Assembly: GCA_963755715.1 (NCBI GenBank)
Contig: CAVWLW010000035.1
Span: 1-53,288 of the forward strand
DNA length: 53,288 nt
From: an uncultured delta proteobacterium
Lineage (GTDB): Bacteria; Desulfobacterota; Binatia; UBA9968
Direction: 5' to 3'
The notes under the pieces are model-generated. The model had not been told where the DNA came from. It did not search any database and worked only from the letters and a program-made list of their open reading frames with translations. Shown piece by piece: positions 9,787-19,873 of this stretch (position 1 is the first letter of the stretch; each line of letters begins with the position of its first letter). The translations under genes were made by a program, and so were the position numbers.

Positions 9787-9872
9787 AAAAAATCCTCCTT
9801 TGTCGCACGGATTAAAAATTTAATGCGTCAATCACGGATATTTCAAGTTCGTTTTCCTATCCAATCCCAGTC

Positions 9873-11087
9873 TCAGCCGCGCCGGTTCTGGACAAGTTTC
9901 TCCGGCTCCTCTTGGAACTTTATTGGAGCGTCCTGTGGCAGGACCCATTTTTTAAGCGGCCGTCCTTCGGCTAAAGCGCGGAGCTCTCGTTCCCAAATCT
10001 TACGGAACAGGATGACGCCGATATCGGAGCGGCCGAGATGTTCTTGCGGGCGAGCCGCGAGGGAGCCCTGTCCGACTTGGGCGACGTAGTCCTGGGTATG
10101 CACGAGCGAAATCTTGTCTTTGAAGAAATTATCCAGGTCTTGGAAACTTAGTTTACCCGATAGCACCGCCTCGCCCATTTGCGCCACGGAAATTTTTGGC
10201 TCCGCGGCCGCGGCATCCCGGCGCGCGCGGTATTTATCCGCGGCTTCGCCGCTGAGCGGCAGGCGGCGCAGGCGAAATTCCAACGAGCGCTGATCATCGA
10301 GCGGCACGTCCCATTGCATGCGGTCTTCCGATCCGCACTCCGGTTCGGGCGACGGATTTCGAAACGCATAAACGTTGGGCATGAAGAAGTGAAAAACGTT
10401 GCGCCAGCCTTGAGCAAAACTCGCATAGGACGTCGTTCCCCAGGGACTTTCTTCTTTGGAAATCTCCGGCAGGCCGCTGCGATTATTGGCGCTGGAAGCC
10501 GAGTACGCGCCGCGGTGAACGAAGGGCACGTGATAAGTGTCGCCATTGTTGTCGATGCGCTGGAAAAAATTGCACGGCCACACTTCGGTGGACAAAACTT
10601 CGAGCACGCCATCCTCTTCCATATGCGGATAGAGGGGAAAAGGCGGCGCTTCACCGGCGCCGAAGTAAGTGAAGATCAAACCGAGGTATTCCCGAGTCGG
10701 GTAGCTTCTTATGCGGATTTTTGCCGCGAACGATTTTTCTTCCGCCGGCTGATCAGTGCACTGACCGGCGCCGTTGAATAACCAGCCGTGGTACATGCAG
10801 CGGATCGAGTCGCCTTCGACCCAGCCGGCCGAGAGCTGCGTGCCGCGGTGCGGGCAGCGGAATTCCGTGACATGCGGCGCGCCTGTTTCACTTCGGTAGA
10901 GCGTAAAGCGCTCGCTCATGATCTCGATCGGCTTGGCTTGGCCGGGGCGCAGCTCTTCGGCGCGATGGATCGGCTGCCAAAACCGGCGCATGAATGTGCC
11001 GGCGAGAGTGCCCGGGCCAGTGGAGACGAGATCTTGGTAGCGGAGCTTTTTGTGGGTGCGGTTACTTTTACGTTTGGCTTGCGGCAT
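9873..11087 (-). CDS. Rieske non-heme iron oxygenase alpha subunit (phthalate 4,5-dioxygenase-like)
   Basis: CPH...CMYH Rieske motif, DTYHVPFVH iron site, GPGTLAG..MRRFWQP N-terminus. Confidence 0.9.
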   Translation of the reverse strand: MPQAKRKSNRTHKKLRYQDLVSTGPGTLAGTFMRRFWQPIHRAEELRPGQAKPIEIMSERFTLYRSETGAPHVTEFRCPHRGTQLSAGWVEGDSIRCMYHGWLFNGAGQCTDQPAEEKSFAAKIRIRSYPTREYLGLIFTYFGAGEAPPFPLYPHMEEDGVLEVLSTEVWPCNFFQRIDNNGDTYHVPFVHRGAYSASSANNRSGLPEISKEESPWGTTSYASFAQGWRNVFHFFMPNVYAFRNPSPEPECGSEDRMQWDVPLDDQRSLEFRLRRLPLSGEAADKYRARRDAAAAEPKISVAQMGEAVLSGKLSFQDLDNFFKDKISLVHTQDYVAQVGQGSLAARPQEHLGRSDIGVILFRKIWERELRALAEGRPLKKWVLPQDAPIKFQEEPEKLVQNRRG

Positions 11088-11120
11088 TTTTCTCCCCGAG
11101 TCTCTTACAGATCAAATTCG

Positions 11121-11283
11121 AAATCCGAAGCTCGAAATCCGAAACAAACTAAGAAAATCCTAAGCACTAAACTTAACTGGAAATCCAGTCATGACGTTTC
11201 TCGTCTCCACCCAGCATGCGTTTCGAATTTTCCGGCCCGGTTTTGAATTTGTTTCGAGTTTGAGGATTTCGTGCTTCGGATTT
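11121..11283. repeat. Intergenic palindromic (REP-like) element
   Basis: AAATCCGAAGCTCGAAATCC ... GGATTTCGTGCTTCGGATTT terminal inverted repeats. Confidence 0.8.
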
Positions 11284-11339
11284 TTCATTCCGTCCTTATG
11301 TGTCTGTTCGAGATACCGATCTAATTGCGGCTTTCGCAC

Positions 11340-12461
11340 TCACGCTTCCATTCGGATCGGTGTTCCCACGCGCTTTAAATTCGCTTCGAAGCGGCGACGA
11401 ATCTCGACGTCCTCGTCCTCATATTCGATCATCGTGCCGCCGTCTTTAACCGAAATATAAACGCCATCGGTCTTTTTCTTAGCCGCTTGGTGCAGTCCGA
11501 TGGGATGCAGTCTGCTGCCGAATCGGAGCGCCAGTTGGCGCGCCGCTTCTTTGCCGATGTTGAAGTGCTGGTGAAACCAACCGCTGGGCGGGCTCAAAAC
11601 GCTGCCCTCGTGCCAGCGCAGCTCGACGACCTCAGCGCCGCGGCCTGTCGCGTACGGTTGAGTGCCGCTTTCCTTCGGCCATAGCAGCGTGTATCCCTCC
11701 GATTTCAAAATCACGATCACTGCGCCGGCGCCGTGGTAGTGCGCCTTGTGGTAAAGGCCGCTGGGCCAGTCGGCGACGTGGCCGATGAGCGCATTTTTCG
11801 ATGATTCGAACTGCACCATTCCCACTTCGGCTCCTTTGACGTAAAGATCGTCGCGAACTTTGACCTCTTTGGCGTCGGGAACGAAGTTGGTCTCCCAGAT
11901 CGACTGCATGCCGACGGCGTAAAAATTTTGCCTCGTGGCAAAGTAGTCATCTTCGCCGCGAAAGCGATCGGTAAAAGTATAGGGGCAATTGAAAATAAAT
12001 TCCGCGTTGCGATAAAAATCCATCGCGATCGGGGCGGTCGTGACTGCCATCAGCCGGACCGGCTCTCGGCCGCCGTTGACCAAGCGATGCCAACTATTCA
12101 GCGGCGGCGCAAAGAGACTAAACGGGCCCCATTCGAACAGCCGCTTTTGCCCGCCATCCTGCCAGACTTCCGTGGCGCCGTGGCCGGCGAGAATGCAAAT
12201 CATTTCTTCGTAGAGATGCCGCTCGGGATTGAGCGCGCCGCCCGGCGGGATCTCCGCGACGTACATGCCGGTTTGCCCCTCCATGCCGTAGAGATGAACA
12301 AAAGCGCCGCTGCCGCCCATGCGGCGCCAGGGACTGAGCTTTAATTCACGCACATCCTCGATACTGAAGCCCTCGACAATGGGAACGCCTTCAGTCTTCA
12401 TCCATTGGCAGTAACCGGTGCGCTCCAGCGACGCGAGCATTTCTTTGAGTTCCGATTCCAT
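11340..12461 (-). CDS. Bicupin-domain protein
   Basis: Two cupin motif sets (ERHLYEE...PPLNSWH; YHKAHYH...PPSGWFHQHFN). Confidence 0.88.
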   Translation of the reverse strand: MESELKEMLASLERTGYCQWMKTEGVPIVEGFSIEDVRELKLSPWRRMGGSGAFVHLYGMEGQTGMYVAEIPPGGALNPERHLYEEMICILAGHGATEVWQDGGQKRLFEWGPFSLFAPPLNSWHRLVNGGREPVRLMAVTTAPIAMDFYRNAEFIFNCPYTFTDRFRGEDDYFATRQNFYAVGMQSIWETNFVPDAKEVKVRDDLYVKGAEVGMVQFESSKNALIGHVADWPSGLYHKAHYHGAGAVIVILKSEGYTLLWPKESGTQPYATGRGAEVVELRWHEGSVLSPPSGWFHQHFNIGKEAARQLALRFGSRLHPIGLHQAAKKKTDGVYISVKDGGTMIEYEDEDVEIRRRFEANLKRVGTPIRMEA

Positions 12462-12479
12462 CGCAGGTCCTTTTCATTC

Positions 12480-12544
12480 ACCACGAAGATCACGAAGGTT
12501 CGCCGTATCTTCTTAACCTTCGTGCTCTTCGCGTCCTTCGTGGT
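12480..12544. repeat. Intergenic palindrome (REP-like)
   Basis: ACCACGAAGATCACGAAGGTT ... AACCTTCGTGCTCTTCGCGTCCTTCGTGGT. Confidence 0.75.
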
Positions 12545-12549
12545 AAAAA

Positions 12550-13563
12550 TTATCTTTTTTTATAGAGTCCATCGATGAAACCGCTTTGATCGAGCTTGGT
12601 AATAAAGCTCGAATCGACGAACTGTTCTATCTTGGCGTTTTTGATCGCCGGCTCCGTCAGCGCGATCTCTTCGAGCACGCCGCGCACGCCTTCCGCGTTC
12701 GGATACGGTTTGGCGGGAGTGATGCGCGAGTAATATTCGTAGGCTTCCTCGGCGATGGCGTTGTCGCTGACGCGCAAAAACTCTTTGATCATTTGCATGC
12801 TTTCCGCTTTATGCGTGCGGTAGTAGGCAATGCCTTCGACGAAAGCGCGCAGAAAACTAAAGACGGTTTGCGGCTCCTCGCGGATGAAGCGGTCGGTGCT
12901 GGCGATGTTATTATGCGGATAGGTGAGGCCTAGCTTCGAAGCATCGGCGAGCTCGACAAATCCCTGCTGGCGGGCGATCAGAGTATTGGGCGCATCGACG
13001 ACCGAACCATCCACCGATCCGCTCAACAACGCGCTCATTCTTTCGCGCTGGTTACCGATCTGCATGATGGTCACATCCTTTGACGGATCAAGGCCCAAAC
13101 GAGCGACCATAAAGCGCGCGGCGAAGTCCGACGAGCTGCCAAAACGGGAGATGGCGATCTTGGCGCCCTTGAGCCGTTTAGCGTCTTGGATCTTGGCGTT
13201 GACATAGAGACTGTACGGCATGGTCGGCGTGTAGGTGGCGACCAGCAAGTTTCCGGCGCCCTTGAAACGCGCTCTCTGCGCCGCCGTGCCACCGCCGCCG
13301 CTGATCAGTTTTATGTCCCCTGACAAAAGCACCTGGAGCGCCTGACTGCCGCCCTGCAACAATAGAAAGTCGACGTCCAACCCGTTGCGTTTGAAGGCGC
13401 CGATTTTCTTGGTGACGTAGAGGGTCTCGATGCCGCCGCTGATGCTGGCGAGGCCAAGCAGGAGCGTCTTCTGGCTTTGCGCGGGCAGCGACGCCGGATA
13501 GAAGAGAAAACAGAAGAGCGCAGCAGTGCGCACATTTTCAATTCTGGCGTTTTCATATACCAT
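12550..13563 (-). CDS. ABC transporter substrate-binding protein (NMT1/THI5/SsuA-like)
   Basis: LKGAKIAISRFGSSSD and FVDSSFITKLDQSGFIDGLY. Start uncertain (13533-13575); the upstream ORF extension is antisense to the SDR gene. Confidence 0.88.
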   Translation of the reverse strand: MVYENARIENVRTAALFCFLFYPASLPAQSQKTLLLGLASISGGIETLYVTKKIGAFKRNGLDVDFLLLQGGSQALQVLLSGDIKLISGGGGTAAQRARFKGAGNLLVATYTPTMPYSLYVNAKIQDAKRLKGAKIAISRFGSSSDFAARFMVARLGLDPSKDVTIMQIGNQRERMSALLSGSVDGSVVDAPNTLIARQQGFVELADASKLGLTYPHNNIASTDRFIREEPQTVFSFLRAFVEGIAYYRTHKAESMQMIKEFLRVSDNAIAEEAYEYYSRITPAKPYPNAEGVRGVLEEIALTEPAIKNAKIEQFVDSSFITKLDQSGFIDGLYKKR

Positions 13564-13636
13564 GCGAGTTTGCATTCGCTCGGTTCGCCGCATTATAGAT
13601 GCGGCTAGTGTATATGGCATCCGAGCCGGTTTGACA

Positions 13637-14401
13637 ATGAAACTTTCCGACAAGGTCGCTCTGGTCACGGGGTCTGCGCGCGGGCTAGGTTGGGAAATCG
13701 TCCAGGCTTTTGCGGAAGAGGGCGCCAGGATCGCGATCTGTGATCTCGCGCAATCGGACGTTGACCAAGCCGTCGCAAAACTGGGATTGCCCCCAGCGAG
13801 AGTTTTGGGCATCAAAGCCGACGTGACTTCGGAGCGTGACGTCAATGATCTTTTTTGCCGAACGCTCGAGAAATTTACCCGCCTGGACGTTCTCGTCAAT
13901 AACGCCGGCTTCGCCTGGCCGCGCGGCGGACCGGTCAATCTCGAGCTCGCAGAGACGCCGCTCGATGTCTGGCGCAAAATTCTCGATACCAATCTCAACG
14001 GCACTTTCCTGTGCAGCCGGGAAGCTCTGAAGATCATGCGTCCACAAGGCCACGGTACGATCATCAATATTTCTTCACCGCAGGGCAAGAAGGGCAAGCT
14101 GCTACGAGGTCCATACTCGGCGGCTAAGTTCGGCGTCGAAGGTTTGACACAGGTGCTGGCATTAGAGAATGAAGCTCACCACATTAGAGTGAATTGTCTG
14201 GACCCGGGTGGGATCGTCGCCACTGAAGCGATAAAAAACATTCCCGGCAATCGCGGTGTGCGCATGCTCAGTCCGGAAATTGTCCGCGCCTGCGCTGTTT
14301 ACCTTGCCTCGGATGAGTCAAGCGGCATAACGGGGCAATCTTTTGTCGCCACGGATTGGAACAAACAGCATGGCATTGAGGTGCCCTACGTCGTTGCGTG
14401 A
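13637..14401 (+). CDS. SDR family NAD(P)-dependent oxidoreductase
   Basis: TGSARGLG, NNAG and YSAAK motifs. Confidence 0.93.
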   Translation: MKLSDKVALVTGSARGLGWEIVQAFAEEGARIAICDLAQSDVDQAVAKLGLPPARVLGIKADVTSERDVNDLFCRTLEKFTRLDVLVNNAGFAWPRGGPVNLELAETPLDVWRKILDTNLNGTFLCSREALKIMRPQGHGTIINISSPQGKKGKLLRGPYSAAKFGVEGLTQVLALENEAHHIRVNCLDPGGIVATEAIKNIPGNRGVRMLSPEIVRACAVYLASDESSGITGQSFVATDWNKQHGIEVPYVVA

Positions 14402-14446
14402 CGCAGCTAATAATGCGTGGCAAATCGAGTGAGACGAAACTGAAGA

Positions 14447-14544
14447 AAATCTCCCCTCGCCCCTCTTTTTCAAAGAGGGGAATGAATTTTCTCAGATCAA
14501 AACAGAGTCCCCCTTTTGGCAAAGGGGGATTTAGGGGGATTTTT
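14447..14544. repeat. Intergenic double-hairpin (REP-like) element
   Basis: CCCCTCTTTTTCAAAGAGGGG and TCCCCCTTTTGGCAAAGGGGGA hairpins within outer inverted repeats. Confidence 0.75.
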
Positions 14545-14587
14545 TAGGAAGACCTCGATCCAAAATTCCCTACGGGAGAAAAACGAC

Positions 14588-15571
14588 ATGCGAGCAAAGT
14601 TGAAGCTAAACATTCTCATCAGCCTTTTAACCGTCGTCGGCCTTGTTGCCAAAGCAGAAGCCAGAACGGTGAACGTCGCCGTGCCCACGCTCAGCATGGT
14701 GGTGATCGCCTTCACCGCCGCTAAAGAGAAAGGTTACTATCAGGAGGAAGGTCTGGATGTAAATTTGGTCGTCATGAGAGATACCCTCGGCATATCCGCG
14801 CTGATCGGTGGCAACGCGGATTTCGCTTCGATGAGCGGCGCCGGATTTACCGCGATCCTCGGCGGGGTGCCGCTGCGGTTCGTTTTTAGCAGTTTTTTTC
14901 GGCCCATGTTTTGGCTCTACGCCAAGCCGGAGTTTCAGGACATCAAAGCCCTCAAAGGAAAAAGGATCGGCGTGACGGGTCTCGGCAGCGGCCCGGACAA
15001 TCTCCTACGCGAGACTCTCAAGCGCAATGGCCTCGAAGGCGGCCGAGACGCGACGATCCTAGCCTTGGGCTTGCCATCGACCGTCGCGACTGCGCTTCGC
15101 GCCGGGACGGTGGACGCCGGCACGATCAGCCCGCCGTTTAATTTCATGGTGAAAGAGGCGGGATTTCGCGAGCTGGTGTCGTACCTGAAAGAAGATTTCG
15201 TCGAGCTGCAAGGAAGCATTCTGACCCATGAAAAAATCCTTCAATCCGATCCTGCTTTGGTCGAAAAATTTGTCCGCGGCACCGTAAAGGGGCTGCGCTA
15301 CGCGAGAGAAAACAAAGCCGGGACGATTCCGATCTTACTCCGCTACATGAAACTGAAGGAAGATCTCGCGGGACAATACTACGATCAGGTGCGGCCGATC
15401 ATGACCGCCGACGGAACCGTCAGCGTGGAGCTACAAAAAAAATACCTCGACCAAGCGCTCAAAGTTTTGGCGCCCAAAGAGTCCCCCGCAGTGGAACGGA
15501 TCTATAATTATTCCTTAGCGCGCAAAATCAATGCTGAGTTGGATGCCGCCGGATGGAAGCCGGGGCGATAG
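14588..15571 (+). CDS. ABC transporter substrate-binding protein (NMT1/THI5-like)
   Basis: Signal peptide, AKEKGYYQEEGLDV, LKGKRIGVTGLGS. Confidence 0.9.
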   Translation: MRAKLKLNILISLLTVVGLVAKAEARTVNVAVPTLSMVVIAFTAAKEKGYYQEEGLDVNLVVMRDTLGISALIGGNADFASMSGAGFTAILGGVPLRFVFSSFFRPMFWLYAKPEFQDIKALKGKRIGVTGLGSGPDNLLRETLKRNGLEGGRDATILALGLPSTVATALRAGTVDAGTISPPFNFMVKEAGFRELVSYLKEDFVELQGSILTHEKILQSDPALVEKFVRGTVKGLRYARENKAGTIPILLRYMKLKEDLAGQYYDQVRPIMTADGTVSVELQKKYLDQALKVLAPKESPAVERIYNYSLARKINAELDAAGWKPGR

Positions 15572-15658
15572 TGAAACCCTAACTCAGCTCGATAAAAACA
15601 CGATTATCTCGGTGAGAGAGTGAAATCCGGCGAATACGAGACGGCATCCATGTCACCA

Positions 15659-15725
15659 ATTGAATTGAGTTCTCCTTCAAAGCCCACTTCCGTGAGATCG
15701 GAACTGACGCGTTGTTCAGTTCAAC
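15659..15725. repeat. Complete bipartite inverted element
   Basis: ATTGAATTGA-GTTCTCC-TTCAAA, 21-bp spacer, ACTGAC-GCGTTGT-TCAGTTCAAC. Confidence 0.7.
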
Positions 15726-16031
15726 GCTGCCATAGAAATTCCGCATAAAGGCGCGGACATTGCCCGGACAGCTTTGGAAAAGCGCTTGCAGCGATCCAAG
15801 TTAGAACGGACCACGTGATTACCAATCAAAGGCGCCTGACCTAACTGAGCGAAAAGCATTGAGCAATGGCGGACTCGAAGAACCGACAAAGACAGGGGTC
15901 TATTTCTAGCGCGGAAGCCGTGAATAGCCGAAGCGCATATCAATTGCGTTCACGAAACAATGAATTCACTGCAAGCGGTCGGATGCCTGTGACCTGCGAC
16001 AGGGAATGGGCACTGAACTGAAATCTCGGGA

Positions 16032-16367
16032 TTACTTCTTGCCGGATTTTTTCTTCGCCGCCCAATACGCCTTCAATTTCGCCGACAACTTCGCTCGGGT
16101 AGCCGTACTGATTACGGTCTTTTTGGCCGCGGGTCTGGCAGAAACGGTCGCCGGTTTCGAACTTCGAACCTTTGCCCACCTTGCTTTTTGAGTAGCCGCA
16201 ATCTTCTTTTTCACAGAAGCGCTCATGGTCCGATTCCTCGTTGGCGCAGCTCGCGATGTAGCCTGCGCACCGAGGATGCCGCGCAGCTGTTTGTTCAGAC
16301 CATCGATTCGCTCCTTGATCGAGGCAGCACGCTTTAGTTGCTGTGGTGTAAGGTCAAATAGGTTCAT
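16032..16367 (-). CDS. Small Lys/Ala-rich basic protein, putative DNA-binding
   Basis: GGAGG RBS, N-terminal coiled coil, two SxxxRxKIxxxxKxxWA-like repeats. Confidence 0.8.
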   Translation of the reverse strand: MNLFDLTPQQLKRAASIKERIDGLNKQLRGILGAQATSRAAPTRNRTMSASVKKKIAATQKARWAKVRSSKPATVSARPAAKKTVISTATRAKLSAKLKAYWAAKKKSGKK

Positions 16368-16441
16368 GTCGGCAGTAGACCTCCAAAGCGATTCTATAGC
16401 AAGGCAAATATCCGGTTTCGTACTCTCCCGTCGTAGGTCTT

Positions 16442-16867
16442 TTAGAGTTTGATAGGATGCACCTTCCCGTTGATGATGAGCAGCGGCTCCTGGCGAAAAC
16501 GACCCAGCGATATCCTGACGTTCACGCCATGGTTTTTTAGCCTGCGATATATTGGCCAGAGTTTTAGATATCGTTGAAAGTAAGTCTGTGCCGCCTCGCC
16601 GTAAACGCCTTCGAGAATCTCCAAGAGGTCATTAGACGCTTGAGCGTCTCGGTCTCCGAAGTTACGGGGATCAAGATTATAGGGTGCTGTGTTTTCGGTG
16701 TCCGCCAAATTGCCTAACGAGTGGTCATCTGAAGGGGAGCTAGCAATACGATGATGCGCTCGCCTGGCGGTTCGCCTATTGTGATCAAGAACCCGTACTA
16801 GGAACCAAATCAAGGCAAGGACAATTCCAATTCGATGTTTTTTGGTCATGATCATCCTAGAAACCAT
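16442..16867 (-). CDS. Hypothetical membrane-anchored protein
   Basis: N-terminal hydrophobic helix in a 141-aa ORF; start may be near 16855. Confidence 0.5.
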   Translation of the reverse strand: MVSRMIMTKKHRIGIVLALIWFLVRVLDHNRRTARRAHHRIASSPSDDHSLGNLADTENTAPYNLDPRNFGDRDAQASNDLLEILEGVYGEAAQTYFQRYLKLWPIYRRLKNHGVNVRISLGRFRQEPLLIINGKVHPIKL

Positions 16868-17198
16868 AACGCTCGAATCGCAATTCCCTCGGTGTCAACG
16901 AGCGTGGTCCTGGAAGCTTCTGCCACCCGATGGACCGGACCTTAGCACAGGGAGGGTGCTTGAACCAGTTTTGTTTTTGACGCGCGCCATATTCTCTACG
17001 GCATAATCGTATAGATTTTGTAGCGTTCCTCTTTCCATGCAAACTTTATCGAGTCCATCGCCGGCAAGGGCGGAGTGCTGTAACCACAGCGCACGAACAC
17101 CTGCATGAATTGCCGGCGCCTCCACAAGGAAATCGTTCACTATTGATCAGGCTAGCCAAAAGGCGCACCTGCCTCTTGAGGTGGTCACCAACGCTGGC

Positions 17199-18363
17199 CT
17201 ACTTCCCGTTTAGATGGAAGAACTTCACGGCGTTGCCGGCCAGCATTGCGTGCTGCTCTTGTTCAGGCACCCCGACAAATTGCTCCTGCACCAGGTTTTT
17301 TGATTCGGGCCAACGAGTGACGATATGCGGAAAGTCCGTGGACCACATGATTCTGTCAACACCAATGCGATGACGTACGTCGACGCCAAACGGGTCATCC
17401 CAAAATCCCCAGTGTGCATGCTCTTTGAGATACTCGCTGGGCAAGCGCGAAAGCCGTTTGAGCCCCAATAGTCTCTCCGCCCAGGAACAGTTGACTTTAT
17501 ACGCTTGATCCATTTGCTGATAGAAGTACGGAATCCAGCCAATATTATTTTCCGCCCAGTAGATTTGTAGCTTCGGGAAACGGTCGAAGACTCCGCTTAA
17601 AATCAATTGTACGGCTTCTATAGCGCCGCAGTGAAATATCCCGTGACGGGCGATGCGCTCGAGAAAATCCACGGGCCGCTCTTGGCCCTCGGGCTCAGTG
17701 GGATATTTCATTAGAAAATGATCACGCCCGCGGTATTGCCTGGGGAAGGAGGTATGAATGGTCAGCGGCATGTCGAGATCGAGGGCTGCGGCCCAAAACT
17801 TGTCGTCTTCCGGAGTCGGAAAACTCTTACCGCTTGGAAACGTGTGCAACCGAACGGCTTTAAATCCTTTCTCCTTGCAGCGTCTCATTTCAGCGATGTC
17901 TTCGTCGACGCCGATATCGGGCAGGACGGCGACGCCCACGAGCCGATGCTGGAGCCACGCCGCAGTATTCCTCGATGAAATAATCGTTGAATCCTTGCAC
18001 GATCGCGAGAAATGCGGCTTTATCCGGGATCGCCGGATTGCGCGCTTCGCTCGCGAAGAGCAGCTCCGCATCAATGCCGTCCTGATCCTGCTCCTTCAAC
18101 CGTTGTTGCGGCGGCCCCGCGCCGACAGCGTGGTCGAAATCCAGTCCCACCGGGGAAAATGTTTCCAAAGGTTTCCCGGCGAACTGATTGGTTCCCCTGA
18201 ATGTAATTGGCCGTCCCTCTTCCACGATGATGTCATTGCCATTAGGTAATTTGACCCGGCGCGGAGCGCGTTCGCGGTAGGCCTCGGGAACTCGGTGCGT
18301 CCACATATCCGGCGGGCACTCGAAATGGCTATCGGCAGAAAAATAGCGATATTGCTGAACCAC
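17199..18363 (-). CDS. Amidohydrolase_2 family protein (one frameshift near 17950)
   Basis: SADSH, EQDQDGIDAE, PLTIH, FDRFPKL, WSTDFPH; two overlapping ORFs; GGGAGG RBS before GTG 18363. Confidence 0.88.
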
Positions 18364-18601
18364 GTGACGATCCTCCCAAGGTTTTATGCTTTGGTATTTG
18401 CTATCGTAATCATGACCTACGGAAGCCGTTGTCGCGGCAATTCCGATTGCCGTGCAAAAATAGAGAATGCGCACTCTGTCCCTATCCCAAACATATCCGC
18501 CTCATCTCAAGTCTCCGATGGAGGAGGTATTTGCAAGGTTTGGGGACGCGGTTTGACATCGCCGCAAGCGCAGCAATCAGCCATCTAGCGATGGCGAATT
18601 C

Positions 18602-19789
18602 CTAACGCGGCGTCTGCAACCAACGCTCCGGTTCAAGCCCGGGACGATCTTTGTACTTTTCCGCGATGGCGCGTACGTTCGGATGATCCGCGGCAGTGAT
18701 GCGGCCATTTTTATAGACGTATTCATCGCCGATTTTTAGTTCCCCGCCGCGTAACTCCGCAGAGATATGCATCAGATAGGGAAATTCCTTGGAGCGCCGG
18801 CTATTGCCCATATGAAAATGAAAACTGCTCCAGTGATGATGCTCGATGAAATGACGATAGGGGGCGTTGGGGCACTGATGCGGTTCGAGCATCGCCGAGG
18901 GATGGACACCGCCGTGAAAGCCGCGGACTTCGTAGGCGGCTTCACCCAAATATTCGGCAATAAATTTATAAAAGCGCGTAAGCGTTTCGGCCTCTTCGCC
19001 GCCTTCAAATTTCTTAATGTAGCCTTTTTCAATGAATACCTTCACTGGCCGCTTGAACGGGCACGGCACGCCGATGTGACGCGCCCAGATGACACCGACC
19101 TCGTTGATTATTCCCACCCCTTCGGCGTCGCGGGCCCGAATCGACGACCAGACGCCTTCGGGAAAGGGACAGTAAGGTCCGATGTCACGGTAGTGTGCAT
19201 AGTCGTCCATCTCCTCGGGTTTGACGACGTAGCCTTCGATATGTGAGCCGTTGGGATGAGTCATGACCCATTTGCTGCCAGGTTTTGCTAGGGCACAAGC
19301 CTGCACACGGATCTCTGAAACCAATTCATAGGGCGTCAGCCCCCAATTACTCGTCAGCAGGGACGCCGTGGTGGCCATGTTTCTTGCGTAACGGATATTC
19401 CGTTCTTCGAGTATGTCGGGAATCTCACGCAACTCCTCTTCATACGTCAGATCCACGGCATGGCTGATGATCACGTCCGCCGCGCGCATAGCGCTGGCCA
19501 CAACCGGCGGCACGCGCCATGCTTTGCTCGGATCGGCGCCATTGCCCCAGAGCACCAACGGACGGTAGGGGATATCACACCAAACAACCGTCGCATCAGC
19601 GCCTCGTTGGACAACAGCATCGTGCACCCAAGCTACGGTTTCTCGATCGACAATGTTAACACCTCCGTAAAGACCGTCGTTGGCAGCGACGATAAGCACA
19701 TTCATGCCGGGTTTGACCGTGGCACAGTTGTCGACCAAGTCTGCTACGGCGATGGCGGCCTGCTTTGGAATAAGTGGCATTGAGCTCAC
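18602..19789 (-). CDS. M29-aminopeptidase/NicX-fold metalloprotein of unknown function
   Basis: CATVKPGMNVLIV start, FPEG, VFIEKGYIKKFEGGEEAETL, FHGGVHP, MHISAEL; resembles the NicX C-terminal half from memory. Confidence 0.65.
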   Translation of the reverse strand: MSSMPLIPKQAAIAVADLVDNCATVKPGMNVLIVAANDGLYGGVNIVDRETVAWVHDAVVQRGADATVVWCDIPYRPLVLWGNGADPSKAWRVPPVVASAMRAADVIISHAVDLTYEEELREIPDILEERNIRYARNMATTASLLTSNWGLTPYELVSEIRVQACALAKPGSKWVMTHPNGSHIEGYVVKPEEMDDYAHYRDIGPYCPFPEGVWSSIRARDAEGVGIINEVGVIWARHIGVPCPFKRPVKVFIEKGYIKKFEGGEEAETLTRFYKFIAEYLGEAAYEVRGFHGGVHPSAMLEPHQCPNAPYRHFIEHHHWSSFHFHMGNSRRSKEFPYLMHISAELRGGELKIGDEYVYKNGRITAADHPNVRAIAEKYKDRPGLEPERWLQTPR

Positions 19790-19873
19790 GATGACCTCCG
19801 ATATTTATGACCGTTCAAAGTGCTAGGTTCAATGTTAGACCCGATCCCGGAACATTGAACTTATTCCTGGCGT

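Noticed and set aside
13564-14097. N-terminal extension of the 515-aa ORF 12550-14097
   Set aside because: It is the antisense shadow of the SDR gene; the binding protein starts near 13533-13575.
15716-17140. Short ORFs 15716-15943 and 16895-17140
   Set aside because: No recognisable motifs or clear RBS; possibly gene debris.
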